Shown here: positions 53,001 through 64,000 of the stretch, in pieces | Layout of the letters: every line of letters starts with the position of its first letter | Numbering within the stretch: position 1 is the stretch's first letter | Source: Bugula neritina | Taxonomy: Eukaryota > Animalia > Bryozoa | DNA: 64,000 nt | Direction of reading: 5' to 3' | Assembly: GCA_964035545.1 (NCBI GenBank) | Contig: OZ037767.1 | Location: 27,668,628-27,732,627 of the forward strand | Notes under the pieces: model-generated | What the model saw: only the letters and a program-made list of their open reading frames with translations | Told to the model about the DNA's origin: nothing | Database searches by the model: none | Translations under genes and position numbers: made by a program

Positions 53001-53671
53001 ATTTTGATAGAGGCAGAGATGGCGATAGAGGGAGACACTTTGATAAGGAGCGAGATGACAGGACGAGGGGTTTCGATAGGGACAGAGATCGAGACTTTGA
53101 CAGGAAGAGGGAGTATGATAGAAGAGGAGATTATGAAAATGATAGTCAGGAAAAAGACTCTCTCTCAGCAGAAGGCAAGTTAAACTCTCTTGAGAATGGT
53201 GAGGATGAAAGGAAGACCAAGCGATCTCGTTGGTCAAATGACATAAAAATGTCTTCTGGGCTTGATGATGCGAGTGAAAAGCTGGCTAAAAACACCGCGC
53301 TGGAAATAGCAGCTAAGCTTGCAAATGTATCCAACCAAGAAAACAATGTAGATGACAAGATTGACGAGGAAGATATTCCCAGTAAACCTTTGGTGGACAT
53401 TACCAAGGTTGACACCCAAGAAACTGTGAGTAATGTACTTGGGCAGCTCTACGATGACGAGGACGAAGATGATGAAAATGAAGATATGCCAGCTGTTCCT
53501 CCGGCACTGTCAGCCGAGTTAGAAAGTGCAAAACTTGAAACACCAGAAATATGTCCCAAAGAGCATCCCAATAATGAAACATTAGAAAATGCTGATGATA
53601 CAAAAAATGATTTTCAAGAGAATAGTGTTGAAAATGATCAGACTGTGGATACGGGCATGGAAACGAATTAA
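35450..53671 (+). CDS. SCAF8: SR-related CTD-associated factor, SCAF4/SCAF8 ortholog (CID, RS/RE region, RRM, Pro/Gly-rich region, acidic tail). Exons ~35450-35479, 36944-37072, 37361-37522, 37648-37765, 38225-38376, 38844-39032, 39413-39510, 40199-40322, 40437-40570, 40754-41082, 41291-41391, 41850-41957, 42050-42278, 42468-42719, 43023-43216, ~43489-43687, 44483-44740, 50059-50168, 52262-52554, 52875-53671
   Basis: CID MEHVKAFQSE..KPPISKAKMSSITKSAMKAIKMYKHVVQAVEKF..CKPEYKVPGLYIMDSIIRQSRHQ..SKILRVLNLWQKN; DKKLLDYDY; RRKLGLPP; RRM CTLWIGHL..RPRGCAYV..KVAWA. SCAF4 and SCAF8 cannot be distinguished here; it is likely a co-ortholog of both. Confidence 0.93.
35680..36380. repeat. Degenerate (TAATAC/TAATAG)n low-complexity tract in SCAF intron 1
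   Basis: Seen directly. Confidence 0.8.
43703..44085. repeat. (CTA)n trinucleotide microsatellite, intronic
   Basis: Begins 15 nt after the donor at 43688 and explains the poly-Leu ORF. Confidence 0.97.
44302..44465. repeat. 33-bp minisatellite (~5 units) upstream of a SCAF acceptor
   Basis: Unit cactgcatattcac(g/a)tagctacacatgtatttc. Confidence 0.93.
44621..44737 (+). repeat. 18-bp coding repeat (GAAGPM)x6 in SCAF
   Basis: ggtgctgctggacctatg repeated in frame. Confidence 0.93.
45086..48733 (+). mobile_element. Decayed Academ-type (AcademX-like) DNA transposon in a SCAF intron
   Basis: ~160-bp imperfect TIRs (TAGTCTGGCAGAA...TTCTGCCAGACTA) and a 3-bp TSD CTA (45083-85 / 48734-36). Disrupted transposase-like peptides: SRTAKLW..E*DWALHL, GI*SDMTIEVTF, LPPTDET..RAHLQVAI* and the Cys-rich end IKCSCGNQQSCKTTRYGYSSTSIPCTEFCLC..CCN. 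The superfamily call rests on recalled Academ hallmarks. Confidence 0.82.
46780..47160 (+). mobile_element. 5'-truncated RTE-clade LINE 3' fragment nested in the transposon
   Basis: Translates as MRRRPLQ*YEHVRRRD..AEMKIQRKRK..KRLMDTVKDGILKCGFSDEDVDNRIR*, matching the RRLxWxGHVxRR..GxRxxGRPxxRWxD..DRxxW C-terminus of RTE ORFs. Boundaries are approximate. Confidence 0.7.
52310..52445 (+). repeat. 21-bp coding heptad repeat (DMRGPPP)x6 in SCAF
   Basis: Visible in the translation of exon 52262-52554. Confidence 0.85.
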
Positions 53672-54953
53672 TTTTTTGAAAAGAAATACTTTCTATTTAC
53701 TTAACAATAATGTCATTAGAACATTGAATTGAGATTTTACATAGATGTGCCAAGTGTAAATTTTCTGTAAATACGATGTACAGTCCCAATTGGAGCTTGT
53801 AAATATAAGAAACATAGTTGAGCAATAGCAATATCTAATTATTTGATTTAGTTGTATTGTTCTGCGTTTCTTCCAACTACTTTTGGGGCTGTAGAATACT
53901 AGGCTTTTGACAGCAGAGTCTCATCCCACATCTTCCTACTAATGTTACGTTTCCTACACATTGCGTTTCTGCCGCCGCTAGAAAAATAGGTGTTGCCGTT
54001 TGGAACAAGTTCTTACAGGTGAGCATCTAGAGAGTTGCTAAGGAGAATATCTACACCATCATCTTGGAAGGTTTTGACTCAATTAGGTCGAAGCCTGAGG
54101 TTTGTACACCACCATTATGTTCAACTGCTTCGAATAGCTATAAGACATACAAACACGTGAAAACAAGCACTGGAGTCTTCTCTAGGCTATAGCTGCTCCC
54201 CGCACTATCGAAGTCCTTAAAATTTGGATGCTTACTAAATCTATTTTATAAATATAAATCTAGTTGCTGGCGGCTACTTGCTATTGCCATATTATAAAAT
54301 GAACATCTTGTCTATGTGACCTGTTTTTCTATGTAACGTTTTATTCTCAGTTTATCTAGATGCATGGTATAAAGTATGAAAATATATAATTTTGATTTGC
54401 AACAAATATAGTAAATTATGTATTTAAAATATTTCTGCCTATTATGTGTTACGTGACCTAAACTTGTAAGGTTAGCTGCATGCATATGCAATTGAATGCC
54501 GCCAGATGTGTTTACATGAAACCTTTTCTGCTTATTTAATGGAATGACTCTAGCCTCCAATATGCTAGTGAAAAAAGCTGTATGGTAAACTTGGTCTAAA
54601 CTCTAAACTGACGGGCAGTTGATATTTAGCAGATCAAATAATGTTGATGCAATTGTAAAAATGAATGGGTGCAAAGAATAAAAGCTGCCAAGAACTTGAG
54701 AGGTTATGGGGAGATGGAAACAATACAGATATAATCTTGCTTGAGTAAGCTAAAAATTCACAAACTTTGATATTAAGATTTTTATTGTAACCATAGAAAA
54801 AATCGTGGAATCATGACAACACAATAATACAGCATGTATCCAACTTTACAGTTTCGGAACATATCGACACGTAAAATTTAGAAATACTTATAGAAAAAAA
54901 TTTACCAAGAATCAGCAGACAAATCGTCCATTTGTTCATTGCGCAGGTAAAAA

Positions 54954-56972
54954 TTACTTGCAGATGCCAATAACACCACATGCCAATCTAGCACCTGCAT
55001 TACCAGTAGTAGGGCTCAGCTCATGACCACCTTTACCCAGGTCATCAATATCGGCATGAATAACCATGGTTCTTCCAACGACAGACAGTGGGCCAGTAAG
55101 CGTTACTTGCTTGTCCGTAATGTTCACAACAGCCTTACCCGAAGCATCTGCAGTTACATTCCCAAGATCTCCAACATGTCTAAAAATCAAAGTGAATACT
55201 ATGATCAGAATAATCAATTTCATTAGTTAAATCTATCAAGCATCACTTACTGCCAACGTTAATGCTACCACAATAAAAGTAAAATATGTTCCTATTAAAA
55301 CTTATGGTTTATTTTCAATACAAATTGTATTTATGTCAATTTTCACCAATTTGTTGAGAGTTTTCAGTACAACAATAATGCTCATCAGCCAATTGAAAAC
55401 TTAACATCTACATCAAAGAGAGTAAGGGTACTTAATAAATCAAAAACTACACAATATTTGCACAATTCATTATTTCAAAAGTTGAAAAAATTCATCTCTT
55501 GCAGTTATATAACACAATATAAATAGTTGATACAATTTTATTTTTATCCTAAAAGCAATAATTCTCAGCTATAAAATTAGAGCAAGTGTCAATATATCTG
55601 GCAATGCTGACCTTTCCTCATCACCAGGGGCACCATGAGTTTTACCGTGAGGGTTGAAATGCGGACCAGCACTTGTGCAGCCTGAAAATAAGAAAGAAGA
55701 ATGAAGTCACAATCATTGACCATGAAACTAATAATTGAAGTATCAATTCTTTATACCAGCATTTTATGTATTCAGCTACTACTGGCACAGAAAGCAATAT
55801 CTATGAACTTCTACTTGTGAAGGCAACCCATTATACTGAAACACAATTTACAACTAAATAAGCTTGATATATTTGCAGTTAAACTTTGACTACATGACAA
55901 AAATTGCAAAAAGAAACTTCATTACCGTTAGTGTTGTCTCCAAACTGGTGAACATGAAAGCCATGCTCACCAGGAGCTAGTCCAACGATCTCTCCTGTCA
56001 ACGTGCAGCTATCCCCATTCTACAAAACATGAGGTACATGATATGACAACAAGCACTGGTCAGTCTCAATTATAGTTTATGAGAATGATAATATTGACAA
56101 CATAACAGTAGATGCAAGTTGATATTTCAACTGAGGATAAAAATATTATGCAACAATTACATGTAGTGTTGAGTTTACCTAGTGGTCCCCGTGGCGTAAT
56201 GGTTAGCACACTTGCTTGCAAGCTGGAGGTCTCGGGTTCAATTCCCAGAACGGGCAAAATTATTTTTCAAGCTATTTTGGCCTTTAGTAAAGTGTATTGT
56301 GCTCCGAGGGAGTTGAGTGGCTAGGAGAGCCTGAAGCAGTAGTAGATAGGCCAGCGGAGTTCAGAGAACTGGGTGAGATGTAGTGTTGAGTTTACCCAGT
56401 GGTCCCCATGGTGTAATGGTTGGCACACTTGCTTGCAAGCCTGAGGTCTCGGGTTTGATTGACGGCAATTACTTTTTATTACATGCCCACTTCAAGCTGA
56501 ATAGAAAGTAGTACTCATAGTCATTATGGCCTCTAGTGTAAAAACTACCAACTGTGATAAAAGCTAAGATTGAAAAGAATTAACACAGTTACTCATAATG
56601 ACAACAAGTCACTTCTCTTGTTACTCATCCTGAAAGCTCTATTTAAATTTACTTTGGAAAGAGCAAGTGTTGATGGCAATTGTAATTTTTAAGACCAAGA
56701 ATTTCACTCTTTTACCGTTATGTTAACGGACACAACTTACCGGTTACCCCCCCCCCCCCATACTCGCGTCTACGCAGTATGACTGTATGAGTATCACTAT
56801 CACTATCAAATTCAATGAGTATCATACTCCTACTGAGTAGTGTCTAGTGAGTATCAGTATGAGTATGCACATACTGAGATATGACATTTAGTTTTACGGT
56901 TACCTGAGCAAAATGTATGGTTCCCGTCACCTCACCATCACCTTTGAGAACGCAGACTGCTTTCACTGACAT
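54954..56972 (-). CDS. SOD1: Cytosolic Cu/Zn superoxide dismutase, 152 aa. Exons 56972-56904, 56019-55926, 55681-55612, 55179-54954
   Basis: [87 protein letters not shown]. All metal ligands, both Cys and the catalytic Arg are present, and the exons total 459 nt. Confidence 0.98.
56161..56460 (+). mobile_element. Tandem pair of tRNA-like pseudogenes/SINE heads (family B, period 217 bp) in SOD1 intron 1, antisense
   Basis: A box TGGCGTAATGG and B box GGTTCAATTCC within 56185-56256, followed by a T-run. Acceptor and anticodon stems pair poorly. A second, more degenerate copy starts at 56378. Confidence 0.7.
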
Positions 56973-57859
56973 TATTTTTTTACTATTATTATAACTCTAA
57001 GTAATGTATAATAATTATAACTTATATTTATAATAATTAATAATGCTCTCAGTCTCAGCTCTGTCTATCTCTCTTGTCTTTAGGCTTTTCTCACTTTCTG
57101 GTGCAGTGACACTGACTCAGACTGTTACACTTACTGTAAGGGTAACTTTTGGCCTTAATAATAGTCAATTTTTTGATAGAAGTATTACACTAAAAGTAAA
57201 AGTAAAAGTAGCTGTAATCGTCGAATATAAATTTATTTACAACTTCTTAACAGTTCGCCACACTAAATTATTTAGACCAGACCGAGACTCAACGCAATAT
57301 CAAAATGGTGACTAGTGAGCTGCAGGGTGCACGAGCCGTAGCCTTTTTACAGAGCTTTAAACTATCAGTCATTGCATATGAAACCGCTGAATCAGGGATA
57401 CTAAACAGGCACGGGCAGTTGAATAGAGTTACGTTCAACGTACCCATTTCAATCCAAATCTTAGCCTTGAAATATATGTCACGATATAATCATTGGCTAA
57501 TCTCTAAAATAAAGCTGTATTTAAAAATGCTGTTTACAATTACTGCTGCCATTGCAAGTTGTAACTAAAACCACTGTAATGAGCTTCTGTTACGAAAAAA
57601 TGTCACTTGTGCTTAATTCTGTAGAAACGGAGAAAAGAGCTGCTGACTGACTTTACTAGTAGTAATAGTAATTGGAATAAAAAGTAGAATTATCTCCCAA
57701 AAACTAGTTAAAGTCTATGCGTATTCTATAACCTCAAATCCCAACACTATATTGCAATAGCGACGAGCTAAAGCTAGGACAACCGTGTTCTGTGTACTGT
57801 ACGAACTGAACCAAAGCTATAGAATGCGTAGCAAGAATCAGAATGAGCAGCTTCGAGCT
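56973..57859. promoter_or_regulatory. Probable bidirectional promoter region, SOD1/WDR31
   Basis: Divergent genes. The WDR31 start is tentative. Confidence 0.5.
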
Positions 57860-58866
57860 ATGGGTGAAACTGAATCTGAATGGTAAATTTAAATTAACTT
57901 TAATTGCAGTAATATAAAGTTCTCAAGTTTAAACTTGGGGGTTGTAACATTACCTAATAGTAATACTAATACTTATAATACAAGTATAACTACAGCATCA
58001 CGTACAGGGCAGAGCGAGGTGAATTATAGGTGAGGAGAACTATGTCTATAGGCATAGCATCACATTTTCATTTTCATTTTGATTTAGTTTTACTGAATGC
58101 AGAATAGTCAATGGAGCTTATAGTTGTAGTTTTAGTCAATATCATACTCATGGTCATACAGTGATACTGATAGTGATAGTCATAGTGATACTCTAATACT
58201 AATAGTATTATTGTTAGTATTACTATTACTATTAGTATTAGTATTAGTTCATATAGCTTTGTACAGACTACTGTCTAGAAGGTTTCATACAGGAAATAGT
58301 TTTCAAGCTGGTGACTCTTGATTGCAAATGCTAGGTAGATGCTTGATTTGACAGATGAAGAAATAAGTAATGGACAGAATATACAGCACACTCTGTAACT
58401 GTTGGAAAGGCTCTGAGCAAATGTAAGTGGGAATTTTTAATGTTTATATAATATTAATATCAGAGTATCTTCATTTTTATATGTAGTTGAAAACTCCCAG
58501 TTCTATTTAATTTGAAGCTACTGTTGAAACCATTATGATTGCTTGTTTGAAGTATTTGGTGTAGCAATAATTGTAGCTTAGTGTAAATTACAATTGCAAT
58601 TATTAGGTCTACCTTTTTGAGTGTAATTTACTCAAACCACAGCAACTTGTTTATGTGTTGACTATTAATAACTTTTTTAGCAAAGTTTTACATTTGTAAC
58701 TTGCAAGTACTGCAATAACTTGTAGTAGGTACTGCAATTAATAGTTTTTATTTAGTATCAAAAATATCATTGGAGCCGATATGTGTGCCATTTATTATAT
58801 TAAAATATGTTTTAAGTTTTCATAGCACACAACTAGTTTATGGCTAACTTTCATTTATTAATCTAG

Positions 58867-61800
58867 GCAGCCCCCAGTTTCGACGGAGTTAGAAGCTCAT
58901 CCAGGTTCCACAGGTGACGCAGTTGGTGACACAAAGCTGTTGAGGACAGCCTTGGTGACTGAGGAGAACAGTGCTAATTTCAATGCATTGGTAGAAATTC
59001 CGAATCAGCAAATTCTATGCGGTGAGCTGGTTTTTTTCTATTTTTAGTTTTTCAATGGGTGTAAAAATCTGAACTGCAATACTGATTCAATGGTACCTAA
59101 TAATATTTTCTTACTTTGAAGGGGATTCAAATGGAAAGATGTTCTCAGTTGATCATGTGAAAGACAAGTTATTAAAGCAATGGGATGGGCATAGTAAAAG
59201 TATTACAAAAGTAGGTTTTCAATTTACTATGTTGGTGTTACAATTTCTTTAGTTCTATTGGTTTTATTACTCAATAATTGTTATATTTGCTTTTGTTTTT
59301 TGTATTTGTTTGACTAATCGAAACTCTTGATTAATTTACATCAAAACATTACTTTGTATTAATTGCTTTCTCTGTATCACATTTAAAAGTTTTAAAAGCT
59401 TCTCGCAAAACAATACCAAATATGTACAACAGGTATTCTATTTAGAATGTAATAAATATTAGGAGTTGTCTTTTACCAGGCATGTCTAGAAGCTGATGTT
59501 GATGGTCCTCCTAGCAACATGTTCACTGCATCACGAGATCTATCTATTAAAATGTGGAAAATCAATGGAGGTTCTTCCTGTATGCAGGAGTTCAAAGGGC
59601 ATCATGATTTAGTAGTATCAGCTGTAGCAGCACATCCTAGTATGTTGATAATCAGCAGAGTTCAGAAGTTTAGAAACTGATTTTCTGACTACTCCCTAAA
59701 CTTAAGTTAATGAATCTTATTTTTTCCTTTATTATTTGTATTTACTTCGTTATAAATTATGTATGGTGCTTGAACTATAATTATTACCAGCAAGCAAACT
59801 ATTTTTTATTTGATATTTAATTTATCAGCGTTTCATCTACTTGTCTTTATCCTGATAGAAAATAGGAATGTGATATGCAGTGGTTCTCGAGATAACACTG
59901 TTGCATTATGGGATGTGAATACAGGAAGTGTTACAGACAGTGTTAAAATAGCCCGAAACCTGGTCACAGATTTATGCTGGAAAGATGATATTTTAGCCCA
60001 AACTTCCGAGGATAAATCGCTGAGGTACTTAGTCTCTATAGTCTATCTTACAACCATTTGCACATTGGTATAGGGTAGTCTCTGCTATTAACTATCCTCT
60101 AATGCTTTTGACAGACTCTGGGACCCTCGTAGTCTCGAAGTTACACACACATTTATTAAGAAGCAGCAAATTTTGACCAGCTGTGACGTAAGCGGCAGCA
60201 TTGTAGCCACAAGTAGTAGTGGTTTTAACGGCTCAGGCTGTGAAATATCTGTAAGTTATCTTTTACTTGTGATTTACCAGCTCATTGTTTTATACTTTCT
60301 TGCTAAAAATGTCTTTGTGACTATTGACATTTTGTTGGAATTTCATCTTCCACTTTTGACAAAACTTAATTTTCTTGCAGCTTTTTAGAATATCAAATGA
60401 AGTTTATCAATGTAATCTTTTTAGCTAGTATATGCTAATTGTATTATAAGCTTTTGGTAATAAAAGTATAAAGAATGCGGTGGCCTCACGCTTCACATTA
60501 GTGTTACCATGACCTATTTACTATATACATATACTCTTGAGTTTTCCTGACTCTGCCTACTTTGACCTCGCTTTTTGATATGTCTATTCCATACTTATGT
60601 GACTTAATTTTCTTATTATAAACTTATATGGCTTGATAAATCGAGTCTGTACTTAGGTTACTTGATAAATCAGGTATGTACCTATGTTACTTGATACATT
60701 AAGTATGTACTTATGTCACTTGATAAATCAAGTATGTACTTGTGTCACTTGATAAATCGAGTATGTACTTGTGTCACTTGATAAATCAAGTATGTACCTA
60801 TGTTACTTGATAAATTAAGGCCAGGTTGTTGTGTATTGTTATAGCTTTGGGATCATCGCAATACCACATTGCCATATCACGAGTTCAAGGGTCACACTGA
60901 GAAGGTGAACAAGTGCAGCTTTGTTGCCAACTCTCAGAGTTCAAGTTTATACCTGGTATGTTATTTCACTATGAGAACATCTGAAGAATAGTCATATTTT
61001 GATATAATGGTTTACTGGAACCTGTGTGTGCAAATTCCTTATTTACTGGACATGTTATTTTTTCCCCATGAGCAAAATAATTTCAACCAGCGCTTATTTA
61101 TATTTTTCACTTGGGTGCTGTGACAGAGAAATTTTATTAGCCCAAGTTCTTTTGTTGTCTTGATGAGTTTGGGTTAGGAGCTAGTTCCCTTGATCTCCAA
61201 ATTGCAAATTTTTCTTCATATTGGAAATATTTATTGTGCAAGCACTACCCACCTAGTTTTAACATACCATTCATTAGCAAACTATAATTTTAGCTCTAAT
61301 CATGTTGTGTGATATTTATTGCTAACTACTACCAATATATTTAATAAGTTTTTCCTTTCAAGTTTAAATGCTGGTATAACTACTTTATAAATTACGCCAT
61401 ATTTGTAGATCTATCCTTTTTTCAAGAGATGTAATAATTTTGGCAACATGTATCATTTCATTTACTTTATTGAGCTGTAAGTTGAATTAAGTTGTAATCC
61501 CAGTTATTTATCCTGCTGCTAGTTAGGAAAACTAGAAGCATTTTCAGTATATTAAAATTCAAAATTCTATTAATAATAAATAGTTTTCACCCTCTTTTAT
61601 TCATGCTGATTTTACCAGAATTTTTTATGATCAAAAGTTTGGTCTTTTAAACAAGATTTCATTATACTTCTTAAAGTAAATATTATTGTAAAACTTTCAA
61701 CATGATTAGAGACATTTACACGATGACTAAATACTTATGCAGGTGTCTGGCTCAGCTGACAGGTCTCTTCGAATCTGGAATGTCAAGGACTTTGCTGAAG

Positions 61801-62031
61801 AATATAACGTCTGTTTGAGTAATCAAATAGTTACCTTCACCCAACTAACTCCAGCCAGCAGTGCATCTTACTCAAGGTAAGTTTTTATTGCTTGAAAATG
61901 TTTAATCTGGATTTTTAGAGCATTATGCACTAGCAACTATGAAAGTATATTTTTATTTTAGGTTTGCCGTTTCTCTCCATGACATTGGTGTTGGGGTAGT
62001 ATCAGCACCACAGCTATCCCAACCCGACTAA
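58867..62031 (+). CDS. WDR31: WD repeat protein 31. Exons ~58867-59021, 59082-59210, 59480-59639, 59859-60025, 60115-60250, 60845-60955, 61743-61876, 61962-62031; 5' exons uncertain (ATG possibly 57860)
   Basis: FTASRDLSIKMW, CSGSRDNTVALWDV..IARNLVTDLCW..AQTSEDKSLRLWDPRSLEVTHTF.KKQQILTSC..SSSGFNGSGCEISLWDHR..EFKGH is collinear with vertebrate WDR31 as recalled. Confidence 0.88.
60632..60797. repeat. 29-bp minisatellite (~6 units) upstream of a WDR31 acceptor
   Basis: Unit acttgataaatcaagtatgtacttatgtc. Confidence 0.9.
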
Positions 62032-62884
62032 AGATGCTGGTATATCTAAGAGGCTATGAATTATGCTTGTAAAGTATTTGGAGCACCTACAATTGACTAC
62101 TACACATACAACAAAAATTATTAACAATTTACAGCATGTTTACCATTGGTTGGATGTTACATTGTAATTTATGTAATATTACTAACCTATTTATTTTTAG
62201 TCCTATTTTTATTTTATAGAATCATCCGTCCATTCTTAGCAATTCAGCTTCGTCCATTTTCTGATACTTTATTTTGAATGTTTCAAATTTTAAAAATGTT
62301 GCTGGTATTTAGAATCTATATGTCTACATTTATTTAAAATAAATATTTTGCAAACTCTCCTGAAATCATCACTGTCAACGTATTTCTGTAGTATGTAATT
62401 AACAGGAAGTTTTGTCATGAAAGGTAAATCGCTTATCCCTGTGACTGTAAAAATGAATAGCTCTTGTGCTTTGCAATACCATCTTTGGTGAAGTGACTAG
62501 CTTTCAAACTCTCTTTTGTCACAGTGTTGGACATGTTTAACAATAGCTGTGGCCTGTGGCAATGCTAAGTTTGGCTTCATAATGTTTCAAGTGGTCAGGA
62601 CTCTGCCAACAGGTTGAAAATAATTGAAAATAAAATACGGCTTATATGGTTTAAGCATAAGTTACTGTGAGGGTAAATTAATATTTTGCCTTGAGAAATT
62701 GGTGTCTAGATAGTGATGTGAATTATATTATATAAGTATCAGACTGTATTTTTATGCCATTGCAAGCAATTGCTACTGGAATACATTCCATCAAAATAGC
62801 GCGAATGTCTTGAAGATTAACTAAACAGCTTTATGGTTTCAAGAGGCAAGACAAGCTTTTAATTAAATAGTAATTATATGCTTT

Positions 62885-63165
62885 GCATAATTGGTATTAA
62901 GTATAATAGCCTTAGTATCGCATTGTAAGTTTGTGATTGGTAGGTATCATTTTTTATGGTAGCTAGCCCGCGAGTTGCGCTGCCATCAAAGTTGTTCTCT
63001 CCTAGGTCAAAACCGGGTCATACGAATACAACTACTGGATTGGTCAGCTTTGCAGTTTAAACAGTGTGATTGGATCATAAAATTACATTTTCCTCAATGA
63101 CAACAAAGTTTCATCATCTGAGCACGCGTTTCTTCTGAGTTCTTCGGCGTGGTTAGCAGAAACAG
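62885..63165 (+). promoter_or_regulatory. Putative promoter/first non-coding exon of the next gene (four reverse CCAAT boxes, donor CAG|GTAAGT at 63165/6)
   Basis: ATTGG at 62890, 62936, 63039 and 63069, locally raised CpG, a strong donor, an acceptor at ~63901 and a possible ATG at 63977 (MSTRGIPS, truncated by the window end). Confidence 0.4.
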
Positions 63166-64000
63166 GTAAGTTGTTATAATTATTATGATTGTTATTCTAC
63201 CCGCGATGCAACAGTGTTCATGATAAAAGTTGACGAAGTCGTTTGATGGAATTATTTAAAATAACAGAAAAATTTTACACTCGGAACTAAGAGATATTTA
63301 TATTGATATATCATTATGATTATCACAGATTTAGATTATCAAATTCAATGGCAATATGAATATCATTATCAATATGAATATCATAATGATAATTCATATT
63401 CAATTTCATTTATTCATATAGATATACTTATTAGTTAGAGTTGGAGTTATACTTATACTTGAAGGTGTGGAAGTTAAAGTTAAATTGTAATTTAAAAGCT
63501 CAAACTAAAGTTATTCAGTTAATCAAATTTAAGTTTAACTTGAGCCTTAGGTTTAACTTAGTCTAAGTCTTAAACTCAAAGTTTATTAATATTTATGTTG
63601 TATTATTATTATTATTATTAAAATAAAACTAAAATCAAAGACACATAACTAACAGTAATGCTATAACTATAAGTTTATCTTATACTTATACTTATAGTTA
63701 TTCTTAGCCTTGTGGCTGTGCTCTACTCAACATGATCATGATGATGATCACCATCACCATGCTCATGATTCACCTTGACTTTCCCTTTGGGCTCAGCATT
63801 CAATGTTCAATAAAATTTCATATTGAGGAATTTGAAGTAGTTGATTTTGGCATTGCAACATTTACTTTATATTTATAAATGCTAATACTCTATTTCTTTA
63901 GGTAGCAAATTGGATGAGATAAAGCAGTGCCCGTGCCTATGTAAAATTAAATCCGTTTATACAGTGAATCCACAAGATGTCAACTCGAGGAATACCGAGT

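Noticed and set aside
56185-56256. Functional tRNA gene (Cys/Ala/Gln)
   Set aside because: The acceptor, anticodon and T stems have several mismatches and a degenerate tandem copy follows, so it is treated as a pseudo-tRNA/SINE.
30333-62031. Functional cluster linking MANEA, SCAF, SOD1 and WDR31
   Set aside because: These are unrelated housekeeping functions. Proximity is explained by a compact genome, and there is no evidence of an operon-like system.

Overview
AT-rich eukaryotic (invertebrate metazoan-like) genomic DNA with compact GT-AG intron genes, so most entries in the ORF track are exon fragments or repeat artefacts. I assembled gene models by hand from splice sites and reading phase. 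In order: the 3' part of nucleoporin GLE1 (+); two tandem paralogous type-I membrane receptors (-) with a signal peptide / C-type lectin / WSC / CCP / TM / acidic disordered tail layout, one long and one short; endo-alpha-1,2-mannosidase MANEA (GH99, -) head-to-head with SCAF4/8 (+); Cu/Zn SOD1 (-) head-to-head with WDR31 (+); and a probable further gene start at the right edge. Mobile DNA: a decayed 3.65-kb Academ-type DNA transposon (TAG termini, 3-bp TSD) with a nested RTE-like LINE fragment in a SCAF intron, two tRNA-derived SINE-like families and a fold-back MITE family. The most unusual observations are: (i) the receptor pair differs by one phase-symmetric multi-exon cassette, and the corresponding intron of the short gene holds a minisatellite; (ii) minisatellites amplify the 5' splice site itself in GLE1; (iii) a SINE target-site duplication copied a 3' splice site; (iv) an (ATASTS)n hexamer signature clusters at both divergent promoters. 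No database searches were run. Gene identities come from recalled family motifs.
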